Below, one piece after another: positions 17,002-28,500 of a DNA stretch of 54,625 nucleotides. The stretch comes from a virus (taxonomy: Duplodnaviria > Caudoviricetes). The notes under the pieces are model-generated. The model did no database searches and had not been told where the DNA came from. It saw only the letters and a program-made list of their open reading frames with translations. Where the stretch lies: the IMG/VR virus record IMGVR_UViG_3300008113_000089, positions 1-54,625 of that record; one strand, 5' to 3'. Both the position numbers and the translations under genes were made by a program. Every line of letters starts with the position of its first letter. Within the stretch, counting starts at the first letter, position 1.

Positions 17002-17648
17002 TGACTAGAGGCGAGATCAAGCGGAGAATACGTCTTTTGGGACGGCATTACTTTGGTTCTGATTCAGACCAAGACCCGTTTGGTCTCGACCTCCTCATTA
17101 TTGAGGTTGCTAATCAGATTGCTAGGGCAACTGACTGCTTTACAGGCAGAAGGTATCTTGACCTAGTTGCTGATACTTCTGAGTATTGTGCTCCCGATAT
17201 CTACCGTGTTCGTAACGTTCAAGTTAAAAACACTGGTGGGAATTGGGAGCGCATGCGCATTTTTGATGCTTATAACCGCAAGGTAGACATGGTCCGCAAT
17301 GACGGGTCATCCGCATATCCAACGCTTGCTGTATTCACTGGTATGAACAAGGTGTCCGTATATCCACCACCAGCATCAGCAATCACAGAAGGATTAATGC
17401 TTGAGGGTTACGCTATTCCCGGTGATTACTGGCAATACGATGTAAACGGCAATGCACAGACAATGACGGACGCTACAGAATGTCCTCTTCCTGATATTGC
17501 CCATGATTGTCTTGTTTATGGTGTTCTGGCACAGCGAGCAATGCAATCCAAAGACGCTGACGGTTTTCAGATGTATCAGGCTCAATATGTAGACCGACTA
17601 GGTATGGTTGAGTCATATGCAGCCACGTACGCACGGAGAGCAGTGTAA
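17001..17648 (+). CDS. head-tail adaptor (tail tubular protein A-like)
   Basis: MTRGEIKRRIR start, VYPPP and PLPDIAHDCLVYG motifs; position in the gene order. Confidence 0.65.
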   Translation: MTRGEIKRRIRLLGRHYFGSDSDQDPFGLDLLIIEVANQIARATDCFTGRRYLDLVADTSEYCAPDIYRVRNVQVKNTGGNWERMRIFDAYNRKVDMVRNDGSSAYPTLAVFTGMNKVSVYPPPASAITEGLMLEGYAIPGDYWQYDVNGNAQTMTDATECPLPDIAHDCLVYGVLAQRAMQSKDADGFQMYQAQYVDRLGMVESYAATYARRAV

Positions 17649-18400
17649 TGGCACAGACAATCGCACAACTCCGTAAGGAAGTTTATAAACTTCTCAACGA
17701 AGCAACAAACACAACTCTTGGTGCTGTAAGCTCCGGCACTGGAACAATTGCTGTCGGCAATGAAAGTGATGCGACCATCAATCAGTTTTTGATGGAAGCC
17801 ATAGCAGAGATGTGCAGAACGTGCGTTGCAGTTCCAGCATCTGGAACACTCTCGTATGGTGCTAATACACGTACAGCATTTCTTAGTGCTGTATCTGTCA
17901 CAAACCCAACGTCTGGAGCGATATGGTTTCCAACAGACGTTTATATTGGTGGCACACGTCTTATCCACGCTTCTGAATCAAGTGTACGGGCTAATGACCT
18001 TTTGTACGCTAGTACTGTAACGACATTAGAAGCAAACGTGCAGTATTGGTATCGTCACGACAACTACGCTATTAGTCTGTACCCATACAACTCAACGTCA
18101 TCTATGTCAGCAACCGTATATGGTTATGGTGTGCCTAACGTAGACCTCAGTGGTATTGCTGGTACGGATGACCTCAAGTCTTATTCGTTTATCCCCGATG
18201 ATTTACTTAGGCAGACTATCCCCGCTTATGCGGCCGTAAAACTGGTAATGAAGAATATCGATGACCCAACACTCGTAGACAGGTTGTCATGGCGCAACTG
18301 GTATAACGAAGGTCGAATGAAGTTGTATTTGCAATTAGATGCAGGACTCAAACAAGCAGGTGGTCCGTTTGCGGTTCCGCCTGTTATAGGGCAAGGTTAA
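17648..18400 (+). CDS. second adaptor-like tail protein
   Basis: TIAQLRKEVYKLL, LYPY and FIPDD..IPAYA, similar in layout to the preceding gene. Confidence 0.55.
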   Translation: MAQTIAQLRKEVYKLLNEATNTTLGAVSSGTGTIAVGNESDATINQFLMEAIAEMCRTCVAVPASGTLSYGANTRTAFLSAVSVTNPTSGAIWFPTDVYIGGTRLIHASESSVRANDLLYASTVTTLEANVQYWYRHDNYAISLYPYNSTSSMSATVYGYGVPNVDLSGIAGTDDLKSYSFIPDDLLRQTIPAYAAVKLVMKNIDDPTLVDRLSWRNWYNEGRMKLYLQLDAGLKQAGGPFAVPPVIGQG

Positions 18401-18696
18401 TGAACATTGCATGGGGTCGCTTAATTCTAATTGCAATAGCCGCATTCATGGCTTCAGCTGCACCAGAATTCGACGCTGCATGGAAACAATTACATATTGC
18501 CGATGATGCAACATATGGAACGGTGACTAAAGCCCTACTTCTTTCTGGCATAGAAGGACTCCGTGCTGGTATACCCGCTATGACAACCGCGTTGATTGCT
18601 TTCTTTATGAGACAAGATAGCACTCTGCCTGTCTTTTCGGCAAAACTCCCGGAGGTAACTAGAGTCAGTGAAACGACGAGGGACATCGATGGATAA
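18400..18696 (+). CDS. small membrane protein (holin-like)
   Basis: Hydrophobic segments and small size. Confidence 0.45.
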   Translation: MNIAWGRLILIAIAAFMASAAPEFDAAWKQLHIADDATYGTVTKALLLSGIEGLRAGIPAMTTALIAFFMRQDSTLPVFSAKLPEVTRVSETTRDIDG

Positions 18697-18973
18697 GTTG
18701 CATCTCGACTGGAATCAACTTCTTGCAGGTTTTATTGGTGCTGTTATCGGTACAGACTGGCCGAAGGTAAAGACAGTTATCCAAGGAATCATTACGGTGC
18801 TTTCTGGCACTGCATCGGCAATATACTTGACTCCGCTTGTTGCAAGACAACTTGGATGGGACAAACCACATGAGATGATTGGTTTGTCATTCTTGCTCGG
18901 TACATTGGGGCTTCGAACCGTACAAGCATTCAACACAATTATTGAGAAGACTCTTAAAAAGGTAAGTGAATGA
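18689..18973 (+). CDS. putative holin
   Basis: Three hydrophobic segments (LLAGFIGAVIG, IITVLSGTASAIYLTPLVA, GLSFLLGTLGL) and a basic C-terminus. Confidence 0.6.
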   Translation: MDKLHLDWNQLLAGFIGAVIGTDWPKVKTVIQGIITVLSGTASAIYLTPLVARQLGWDKPHEMIGLSFLLGTLGLRTVQAFNTIIEKTLKKVSE

Positions 18974-19230
18974 CTTACTCCGAATCAGCACAGCTACTAA
19001 GAGTTGACGAGATGCCTGATGGCCGTGTGATTCTTTGGTGGAATGAAACAGAGTCGTTGAACTTTGAAAACGACCAATTATTCCAAGATTACTGCAACTC
19101 ATTAATACCCAACATTAAAATGCTATTACGCACACTGTTGATTATGGACTATTCGGAACAGCGTGTTGATGGCAAAACGGCATCGTTGTCTATTAGTGAT
19201 CCAGACAACGTATGGGTAACAGCAGAATGA
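18970..19230 (+). CDS. tail cassette 1, gene A (small acidic protein)
   Basis: Paralogous to 21568..21819. Confidence 0.65.
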   Translation: MTYSESAQLLRVDEMPDGRVILWWNETESLNFENDQLFQDYCNSLIPNIKMLLRTLLIMDYSEQRVDGKTASLSISDPDNVWVTAE

Positions 19231-20333
19231 TAATCAATCCATTAGGTCGTTATCAAAATGCGTACCAAACAGCATTTTCGTATTCCGCGTTTACGTTTAC
19301 AGCTGCAAGTCAATATGTAATTCAAATATTTACTGCGGAAGAAGACATGACCATCACTCAATTTGGCATGTGCGTATCCGGATCTTCTGGAACTCCACCG
19401 ATACGAATTGCTATGTATCAGTACGTAAAAGGGTTATCTATACCAAATCCACCAACGACTAAAACATACACTGACGCAAACCCTGTTAGTACACCGTCTG
19501 GTATTACTACGCCTACCTTTACATGGTGGAACCTCACAACACCTCAGACAATAGTGCGAGGGACAACATATGCAATAGGTATTGAGTCGTATGGCACATG
19601 GTCTGGCAGTTTATCGGTTGTTCAGAATCAAGATCAAAGTAAACGTGACTATACATTAATATCTGGGCAGCCATTTTCACGCACGAGTTCCACTAATGAC
19701 CAATACTCGTTTAGATGGGGTATTGCATCAACGACAAAAACTTATGGATACCCAGTCCAGACTAGTGGTTCTGAAAACATAGGTAGTTTTTCTACAAACA
19801 CATTTAGTGGCAACTCATTTATAATCCCCACTTCAATGGGTGCTAGTTGCACATTAGAAGGCATCCTGGCCCCAATAGCTCAAAACGCAAACTTTGTCAA
19901 CGCAACACTCAGGTTGTATAACGCCACGTCATATCCACCTACGCTAATAACTTCTAGGACATTATCTGATGGAGGTGTACCATCAGCATTGAATGCGTAC
20001 TATCAAAACCAAGGTGGTCAAGTGTACTTACCATTCACCACACCTCAAATATTAACAACTGGGGTCAAATATTTAGTTGGTATACAGAACACCGGAGATG
20101 CTTTCGCTGTAGGTAAATTTACATATGCACGAGCGCAGGACGCTAACTGCCTCAGCGATGTGCAAACGTATGGCGTTAATGGAGACATAACAGCAAACAC
20201 ATGGACTGAGTCCGGTACGATCAGATATGTGATTGGATTGGATGTGTCCTCGTTTACGCAAGGAAGTGGCCCAACTCCACCTAGCACATTGACGGCGGCC
20301 CCTCGGTATACAATAAACCCAGGTATTAATTAA
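19227..20333 (+). CDS. tail cassette 1, gene B (tandem beta-sandwich, putative receptor-binding protein)
   Basis: Ser/Thr- and beta-rich; paralogous to 21819..22931; ATGA overlap places the start at 19227. Confidence 0.65.
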   Translation: MIINPLGRYQNAYQTAFSYSAFTFTAASQYVIQIFTAEEDMTITQFGMCVSGSSGTPPIRIAMYQYVKGLSIPNPPTTKTYTDANPVSTPSGITTPTFTWWNLTTPQTIVRGTTYAIGIESYGTWSGSLSVVQNQDQSKRDYTLISGQPFSRTSSTNDQYSFRWGIASTTKTYGYPVQTSGSENIGSFSTNTFSGNSFIIPTSMGASCTLEGILAPIAQNANFVNATLRLYNATSYPPTLITSRTLSDGGVPSALNAYYQNQGGQVYLPFTTPQILTTGVKYLVGIQNTGDAFAVGKFTYARAQDANCLSDVQTYGVNGDITANTWTESGTIRYVIGLDVSSFTQGSGPTPPSTLTAAPRYTINPGIN

Positions 20334-21571
20334 TGCAGAAGCTCAAACAGAACGAAACAACAGCAACATACAGACGTATCTATATGTTTCTGGCTTCCTC
20401 TGCTGACGGATACACCCCTGTAACTTCATTAGTTGGTGCTACCGTAAACCTGTTTAAGAATGGTGTAGCATTTTCATCACAACCAACTACACCTGCTTCA
20501 TTGACACACATAAGTCAGGGGCATTGGTATTACGAGATACCGCAAAGTTATCTTTCAGACCTTGGTATTCTTACGCTTACGGTTCAAGATACGAACATAC
20601 GACCAGTTGTCCTTATGGGTGAAGTAGTCGATTACAACTGGTATTCATCGACAGGTGCAACCGCACAACAAGTTTGGGAGTATGCAGATAGGCAACTCAC
20701 TGCGTCCCTCGATCCGACTGCTACGCAGATATGGGCAGCTGCAACTAGGACGCTTACCAATGGTGCTATTACCAACTCAACTATTGCTAATAACGCTATT
20801 GTTCTAAGGCTTGCTAATGATGCTCTTCCATCTAACGCTAGGTTCACGACTTACGACACGTTTAGTGGTTACCCGTTGCTATCGCAATCCGCACAGCATC
20901 AAGTATCGATAACTGGTGCTCATCACGCAGCCGCAGACGTACATGAATTCCAACCAGACGTTATTACGAACACTGCAACGGATGTCAGTTTTGTAACTGA
21001 AATGGTCAATGCTATATGGGATGAACTGACTACAGGACACAACGTAGTTAACTCGTTTGGCAAGCTCCTTAAAGACTTGCGGTTATCTACATATGTAACT
21101 AGTGGGCTTGTTACGTCCGCTGTAAGTCCTACTGCTGATGTTTTTTCCACAAACTTAGTAGCCCTTGATGGTACATATGATCATCAAACTTTACTATTTA
21201 TAACCGGTGACTTGGCGGGTGAATCTAAGCCCGTATTATCCTCCTTGCAATCTTCTGGTCAAATAACTTCTGAAGAAGCATTTACTGGTATTCCGCAAGT
21301 TGGCGATGAGTTTTACATTCTTCCAACTCATGTTCATGCTATCGAGTCTATAGCAGACGGAATACTAAGCCGATTACTAGATAGTTCAGGTAGTAGCAAT
21401 GATGTATTTAATGAACGCACTGTTCGATCCGCACTACGAGCAATGCGTAACAAAGTAATAGTTAGTAGTGGGAATATATCTGTGTATAAAGAAGATGATT
21501 CTACAGCAGCTTGGGAAGGCACAGTTAGTAACATTACTGATGTCACGGTAAATCCGGATGGTGGAGCATGA
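20333..21571 (+). CDS. tail cassette 1, gene C (fibre/appendage protein)
   Basis: QVWEYADRQLT / QIWAAATRTLT repeats; C-terminal domain shared with 22928..23716. Confidence 0.65.
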   Translation: MQKLKQNETTATYRRIYMFLASSADGYTPVTSLVGATVNLFKNGVAFSSQPTTPASLTHISQGHWYYEIPQSYLSDLGILTLTVQDTNIRPVVLMGEVVDYNWYSSTGATAQQVWEYADRQLTASLDPTATQIWAAATRTLTNGAITNSTIANNAIVLRLANDALPSNARFTTYDTFSGYPLLSQSAQHQVSITGAHHAAADVHEFQPDVITNTATDVSFVTEMVNAIWDELTTGHNVVNSFGKLLKDLRLSTYVTSGLVTSAVSPTADVFSTNLVALDGTYDHQTLLFITGDLAGESKPVLSSLQSSGQITSEEAFTGIPQVGDEFYILPTHVHAIESIADGILSRLLDSSGSSNDVFNERTVRSALRAMRNKVIVSSGNISVYKEDDSTAAWEGTVSNITDVTVNPDGGA

Positions 21572-21819
21572 CACAACTAGAATGTACTTTTGCCGGGCAA
21601 GATGCTGGCGGTGTATGGATGCTTATCTTTTCGGATGGTAACGGTATTGAGTTTCCAGACGAAAGTTCGTTTGCTCAATACTGCGATGAGTCGTTTATAG
21701 ACGTTATTGCAGTTGAGTCATTACGGCGTGTTACGGCAGCCCGTAAATACAACCAACAAATAGCATCTGTAACGTTTGATATTAATGATCCTAATGGCAA
21801 TTTACTGAAGGTGAATTAA
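21568..21819 (+). CDS. tail cassette 2, gene A'
   Basis: Paralogous to 18970..19230. Confidence 0.65.
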   Translation: MTQLECTFAGQDAGGVWMLIFSDGNGIEFPDESSFAQYCDESFIDVIAVESLRRVTAARKYNQQIASVTFDINDPNGNLLKVN

Positions 21820-22931
21820 TGGCAGACTTTAAATTTACATACCCAGAAATACCAATGCCTTACAACGGCGCACCTGCATTTCAAACACATCCACTTGATG
21901 CTGAAACAGATAGATCTGCTGTTGTGTTTCGTGCGTGGGAACCTATGACAGTGACTACTGTGTCATTTAGGCAAGGTACGGTTACGGGAGGACCGGATGT
22001 ATTACGGGTTGGATTACAAGAAGTTGATGTAACAACTGGACTACCAAACGGAACCTGGTTAGGAGGTGTTAGTAATTACGGAACTGTGTCTGGAACATCT
22101 CTTGCCACTGGATGGAATACAGGTAATAACAACTCCTTCCTAACGCGCACATTACCAACGTCTGTAACTTTAACTCGTGGACAGACAGTTGCTCTTGTTT
22201 TAGATCCAGTTGCGGACGGAAGTGGAAATGGTTGGGATGCGTCTGACTTAGTAAACATTTCACGTTCAATGACAACATCTCACGGATTCCGTGGCCCTTA
22301 TGTTGTCGATAATGCAGCCAAGGGTACTGTCCAGAATCCCGTTTTTAAAATAAGCACTAGTACAAAGTCTTATGGATTACCTATTGAGACCGTAACATCT
22401 CGGAGCGTTGGTACTGGCACAAGCCCAGCTGTTAACGAGTGGGGTAATAGATTCAGAATACCAACCACTGTATGTTCAACATACAAAATTGAAGGTGTCC
22501 GAATAGGTGGTGTGCCTTCTTCTGCTGACTGGCGTTTACGGTTGTATGACACTGATGGAACAACAGTTCTACAAGAAGTACTTGTAGACAAAGATGAATT
22601 AAATCTTGGTACTGCTTATGTTGCGAACATTTATTGGGAAGATGCTACGCTCGCAACATTGAATGCAGGTAGTTATTATCGCATTGCATTTGCGCCAACA
22701 ACTGCAACTGCTACTGGTGCTATGTATGCATTTGATTTAGATGCAGCTCTTGACCGAGGGTGTTTTGTTGGTGATCCAGCTGATATATCTGCAACAGAAC
22801 GCAGAGATCCGGGAGCATGGACAGAGACAGATACACGCATCTGGGCAATGCAAGCACTAATATGTGATATTACTGCGCCGGTTGGCGGTGGCGGTTTGGC
22901 AGCTAATCCGTTAGCGGGGTATGTACGATGA
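21819..22931 (+). CDS. tail cassette 2, gene B'
   Basis: Paralogous to 19227..20333. Confidence 0.65.
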   Translation: MADFKFTYPEIPMPYNGAPAFQTHPLDAETDRSAVVFRAWEPMTVTTVSFRQGTVTGGPDVLRVGLQEVDVTTGLPNGTWLGGVSNYGTVSGTSLATGWNTGNNNSFLTRTLPTSVTLTRGQTVALVLDPVADGSGNGWDASDLVNISRSMTTSHGFRGPYVVDNAAKGTVQNPVFKISTSTKSYGLPIETVTSRSVGTGTSPAVNEWGNRFRIPTTVCSTYKIEGVRIGGVPSSADWRLRLYDTDGTTVLQEVLVDKDELNLGTAYVANIYWEDATLATLNAGSYYRIAFAPTTATATGAMYAFDLDAALDRGCFVGDPADISATERRDPGAWTETDTRIWAMQALICDITAPVGGGGLAANPLAGYVR

Positions 22932-23716
22932 GTAAATATATCGGAGACTTCAGTAAGAATGACACTATCACCTTTATGTTTACGACATTTAGGCCATCAA
23001 CAGGTGCGCCTTTCCTTTTGGCAGGAACGCCTGTTGTGTCTGTATACAAGGATAACAACACAACTCAGGATACGGCGGGAGTTACACTTACAACTAACTA
23101 TGATGCTGTAACAGGATTAAACTTTGTTTCTATTAGTACAAGTGGAGCATTCTATGTTGATGGCTCATCATATGAGTGCGTTATTACTACAGGAACTGTT
23201 GATTCTGTAAGTGTTGTTGGTTCGTGTGTCGGGCGTTTTACAATGCGTGATCAAGCCTGTTTATATCCAACGACATCCGGTCGCACACTTGATGTTAGCA
23301 CTGGTGGTGAGGCTGGCGTTGACTTGGCAAACGTTGGTTCGCCAACCACAACGCTTGCATTGACAGGTACTACTATCTCGACATCTCAACAAGTAGCATC
23401 TGTGTCGGGGTCAGTCGGATCAGTTGCGTCCGGCGGTATTACAGCAACTTCTATCGCTACAGGTGCTATTGATGCGGACGCACTTGCAACAGATGCCGTT
23501 GATGAAATTGCAGACGGCATACTTAATCGCAACATTGCTGGTGGAAGCAGCTCAGGACGCTTGGTGAAAGATGCGTTCCGTGCTATCCGTAATAAGTCAG
23601 TCGTATCCGCAGGAACATTGACTGTCTACCAGGAGGATGACACTACATCAGCTTGGACTGCTACTGTCGGTTCTGACCCAACCGCAGAGCCTATAATAAG
23701 TATTGACCCTGCATAG
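22928..23716 (+). CDS. tail cassette 2, gene C'
   Basis: IADGILNR...AFRAIRNK...VYQEDDTTSAW C-terminus shared with 20333..21571. Confidence 0.65.
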   Translation: MSKYIGDFSKNDTITFMFTTFRPSTGAPFLLAGTPVVSVYKDNNTTQDTAGVTLTTNYDAVTGLNFVSISTSGAFYVDGSSYECVITTGTVDSVSVVGSCVGRFTMRDQACLYPTTSGRTLDVSTGGEAGVDLANVGSPTTTLALTGTTISTSQQVASVSGSVGSVASGGITATSIATGAIDADALATDAVDEIADGILNRNIAGGSSSGRLVKDAFRAIRNKSVVSAGTLTVYQEDDTTSAWTATVGSDPTAEPIISIDPA

Positions 23717-23724
23717 GAGGAATT

Positions 23725-24156
23725 ATGTCAGCATTTTCGAACTACTTGGAAGACAAGATTATTGGATGGGCGTTTAATAACACGGCATTCCCTACACAGC
23801 TTGCCACTGTTTATGTGTCACTACATACTGCCGACCCAGCAGATACTGGAGCAAATGAAGTTGTAGTAGGTGCAACTAACTACGCTCGCATTGCGGTTGC
23901 CGCGGCAGGATGGACTAAAACTACAGCAGGTACTGCAAGTGCTACAAATAATGCAGATATTACATTTCCTGCAACAGGCACTGTCACTTGGAGTGCAACG
24001 ACTGGTAGTGGTATTACCCATGTTGGGATTTGGGATTCTGCAATTGGTGGCACTAATAACTTTTTATTCGGTGGTGCGTTGTCATCTTCAAAGCTTGTAG
24101 CGGTTGGTGACGTGTTTAAATTCACTAACGGTAACTTGACTATTAGTGTGACCTAA
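23725..24156 (+). CDS. phage tail-associated structural protein
   Basis: SNYLE, VYVSLHTADP, YARIAV, ITHVGIWD and GDVFKF motifs of a widespread phage tail fibre-associated family; GGAGG RBS. Confidence 0.75.
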   Translation: MSAFSNYLEDKIIGWAFNNTAFPTQLATVYVSLHTADPADTGANEVVVGATNYARIAVAAAGWTKTTAGTASATNNADITFPATGTVTWSATTGSGITHVGIWDSAIGGTNNFLFGGALSSSKLVAVGDVFKFTNGNLTISVT

Positions 24157-25598
24157 TGGCTACAAACCCACAGGGTTATCGTTCGTGGTGGGGTAAGTGG
24201 GCTTTTGGTAAGGCCAACCCCACAGGTGTCATATCAGCCAGTGCATCGCTTGTTGCACTGGCTTCAATTGCTTCAGTTGGCATAACAGAGAAGCAAGCGT
24301 CTTCTGCAATATCAGGCGTTGCAACCGTTACATCGGTAGGTACACCGAATAAGATTGGTCTATCGTCCATATCGGGCGTTGGTTCCATAGCAGCCACGGG
24401 TCAACTCAATAAGGTTAGCTCTGCTTCAATCAATGGTGTTGCAAGTGTAACGTCAGACGCAACACTTACACTTGTAGGTGCATCATCTCTTACTGGTGTT
24501 GCTTCTATATCAGCTGTTGGTCAACCCAATAAACTAGCATCATCCGCTATATCTGGTGTTGCATCCATCACTTCAACTGGTGTAACTCAAGAGTTAGGTA
24601 TTGCTTCTCTTTCTGGCATTGCGTCCATCACGGCTGTTGGCACACCTAACAAGTTTGGAGCAGCTTCCTTTAGCGGTGTGGCTACGATCTCGGCAACCGC
24701 ACTTGTCACGTCCACATCAACAGCAAACGCTGACTTGTTCGGTGTTGCTTCTATATCCGCAAGTGCGGTCAAGCAACTTAATGGAGTAAGTAGTATCAGT
24801 GGTGTAGCGTCCATTACAGCCAATGGCACTACATCCACAATAGCTCAGGCCACCGCAAACCTTATTGGTATTGCTAGTCTTACTGCTGATGCTACTGTTG
24901 GGTCATCAGTTACAGGATCTGCAAGTCTAATTGGTGTTGCATACATATCTTTAGTAGGCACTCCAGTAAAGATTGGTGCATCGTCTCTTATTGGCGTTGC
25001 AACATTATCTGCTCTGCTTTCAGAAGAGCATCAGGCAACGTCATCCATTGTCGGCGTTGGATCAATAACTAGTACTGGCATCATCGAAAAACAAGTTGAC
25101 GCTAGTATTACTGGTGTTGCTACCATCACTGGTACAGGACAACGTACTGCCACTGTCTCATCCTCTATTACCGGCGTTGCAACTATTGGAGCAACTGGCA
25201 ACGTCATTATTGATGCTGGCGCACCTAATCCACCTGGTGTAAAAACTACACTTACTGGTATTGCGACTATCACTGCTACCGCTACATCTGGTGCAGTCGA
25301 ACTCTGCGAATGCCCACCATGGGTTACTAAGCAAGAAACTGTATGTGGTTGGTTAGAGTCACCTACGCTTGGCTATACAACGACTGGTGGCTCTGAAAAG
25401 GTATTCCCATTCACATTACCCGTATTCCGATGGTATGACCTATCTACATCTGGTGGCGGTGGTACATCTACGTTTGACCCCGGCTACACTGAGCCAGTGA
25501 CGCTTCAGGATAATGCAGTACGGGATAATAGTTTGTCAGACACGTCAGTAACTCCAATGACGTTGCCAAGATTGTTCTCACGTAAAGGTTGCGGATAA
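24156..25598 (+). CDS. repeat-rich tail fibre/appendage protein
   Basis: About 17 copies of a roughly 21-aa ASSxISGVASITAxG unit. Confidence 0.7.
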   Translation: MATNPQGYRSWWGKWAFGKANPTGVISASASLVALASIASVGITEKQASSAISGVATVTSVGTPNKIGLSSISGVGSIAATGQLNKVSSASINGVASVTSDATLTLVGASSLTGVASISAVGQPNKLASSAISGVASITSTGVTQELGIASLSGIASITAVGTPNKFGAASFSGVATISATALVTSTSTANADLFGVASISASAVKQLNGVSSISGVASITANGTTSTIAQATANLIGIASLTADATVGSSVTGSASLIGVAYISLVGTPVKIGASSLIGVATLSALLSEEHQATSSIVGVGSITSTGIIEKQVDASITGVATITGTGQRTATVSSSITGVATIGATGNVIIDAGAPNPPGVKTTLTGIATITATATSGAVELCECPPWVTKQETVCGWLESPTLGYTTTGGSEKVFPFTLPVFRWYDLSTSGGGGTSTFDPGYTEPVTLQDNAVRDNSLSDTSVTPMTLPRLFSRKGCG

Positions 25599-28500
25599 TG
25601 CCAGATACAACACGAAGTGCCCAAGCTGTAAGGCAAACATATACGTTTGGTGACCGACGATTTATCGGCATCAATACGAACATACAGCCAAACAACTTAG
25701 AGGATGGTTATCTACAGGTTGCTGATAATGTCTGGAATGATGGTGGTGCACTAGTAACTCGTCCGGGCTATCAGGCTCAATTAGATACCGCACACGCCGG
25801 TGAAATCCATGCAATGATTTCCTACCGCCGCCCAGACAACACGGCTACAGACATTATCTACGCAGTAGGAAACAGTAGTACATCTACGTCAACTATTTAT
25901 CGGTATACAAAAGACACTCCTACGCCCGTGTCACTAGGAAGTATTACTGGCTATGCGCCTAACGTGCGTATGGTTCAGCACGGCAAGTACATCTACGGCG
26001 TACCGGGTGTAGGCGGTGGTAGTTTATTCCGATATGACGGTACAAACCTTGAGTCGTTACCGCTTGTAAAGGCTCCATATAAAGATGGGTTAAATCTGAT
26101 AACGCCAGCAGCTTCCGTTCTGACTAATCCTATCAAGTCAATCACAGCCGGATCAGATATCAATAACACACCATCCGCTGGTGCGTTTGGTATGGCGTTC
26201 AGTAATCCTACAACTGGTATCTATGACCTTATTACAGGCACTAGTACTACTACTGGTTATACATTCGAATCTGACACTGATAACAGTAACCCAAGTTCTA
26301 CTACGTGGACATCGGCGGGTAGTCCGACAGTAAAGCAATATACAAACATCGACGCAGCCTTGGCTGGTGGTGAGAAGATTGCAAATTACCCAACTCAAAC
26401 TGGTAACAAAGCGTTGCTTCTCGACGGTGGTTCGGATGCTGTCACTAAGTCGATTACAACCCTGCCATCCTACACGTTTGACGGCTCAACAAAAACGGCC
26501 GCACTATATTCACTTAACTGTTTGATGTACAACAATGACACGTTGGACTCGAGGCGTAATCAAGGTGTGCTTATCACGGTAACTGGATACGCAAGTAGTA
26601 CTCCAATTCCGGGTGCAGTGTTTACGCAGGTGGTTAATCCAACAGTCGCACAATCTACGACCGACTGGAAAGTAGTCAGTGCTATTATTGATTTCCGTGC
26701 ATTCCAAGGAAACCTCACACGAATTGATGTAAAGTTCCAGACTGCAAACCAAGCACAATCAACAACTGCTGATAGTAAAGGTGTCTTTGTTGACAACATT
26801 GGGTTTTACGCAGTCCTGTCGGATATGTCTTACACAACCGGAGATGTGACTGATGGGCTAGGCTTAGTAAAAATCAAAGCCAAACAACAGAATACAAACT
26901 TGCAACCGAGTCACGCAGGATATCTCCGTGGAACTGCGTTACAGGTAACCGTATCCAGTGACTTGTCATCTAAAGACACAGTTAGTATGCGTATGGATTT
27001 TCCGGAGCAATACAAAACCAATCTACCTTACATGAGTCTGGGGTTGCGCAATACCGGAACAACGACGATTAACTGGACTGGTTACGGTATATACGATACT
27101 GCCAAAGGTTATATGAGTTGGAGGATATACGGCATCCCACCGGCTCAACGAAACAATGTTCAGTATGTCTATGTGCGTATGGAATCTGAGTATGAAGGCG
27201 TTACTCACGATACGTTATTGTTCTCAATAGGTGAGCTTACTACTGATGGTGGTCTTACTCCAGAGACAACATATGAGTACATCTACACTAAGTGGTACGC
27301 AAAGGACAACACAGGTAAGCCTCCATACTTCCATGAAGGTGATGTCTGGCAACAAGGTCTTGAGTCACTGCCAAGTGCTGTATCGAACAGTGCTGTAACA
27401 ACAGCTGCATTCAGTAAGGTATCCGTTGTCTTAAACCCTCGAGAATCAAGTACTGGTATTCCACTCAATCAGGTTTACGACACATATAGCATTGCCTCTG
27501 TGACAACTGCTGGTGAAACAATCACTCAGTTCGTACCAGCGTCTAATCAGAAGTTCGTTATGTCGGCAACTACAGGAAACCTTGTATATGTCGATGTATC
27601 CAACGTTACTAGAACTCTAAGTATTGCTACTGCTTACACTCCAGTGACTATTCCTAGTGGGCAGGAGATAAAAACAGTAACGTCATTTGCTGGTACATTC
27701 CCGGTTTGGATACAACACACTGCGTCTTACGGTGCTAGTGCGTATGAATACAGCCACCTCTGCGTATATCGTCGAGCACAAGGCGTATTTCCAGATGGTC
27801 GCTTTAGGTTAGTCGCTGTCGTTCCGATAGGTGCTAGTTCATCGGGCAAGGGTTGGACATCGACGGTCAACACAGTTTCTACGTGGAAAGAAATTACATT
27901 CAATGACTCCGTTCCAGATGGTGACATCTTCTATGAAGCTGGTCCTTACGATCCCGGATATTACTTCGAGCCGGGGCGCGATGTTATGCCTGTTGGGGCA
28001 TCGAGTATAGCAACGCATACCAAGCGGTTGTGGGTGGCGGTCAATAACACAGTCTATGCATCTTGGATTCTAAATGCTCTCGATGAATATGGGATGTACA
28101 CAACGTTAGTCCCAGATACATCCGACCCAAACATCTACACTAAGGGCACTTCGTTTACAGTATCTACTAAGAATGACAATGAAAAGATAGCTGCACTGTT
28201 GTCCTATGCAGGTGATGGGATGTTTGTAAACAACACAACATCTGCATCGTTGTTAGTACTCAGAGAAAACAGTGTTCTACCAATTCTTGGTTTTGACCCA
28301 ACAAACTTTACTATCCAGTCAATGGTTCGTGAATACGGCATTGGTTGTACAAGTCCTAAAGGTACTGCATCGTTCTATGGTCAAATGCTGTGGCAATCCC
28401 CGCAAGGCATGGTGCAGTTCAATGAAGGGCTACCTGTCAACAGAAGTTTTGAACTACGCAAACTGCTCTCACTAGACAAAACTAACGGAGCTCCTGATCT

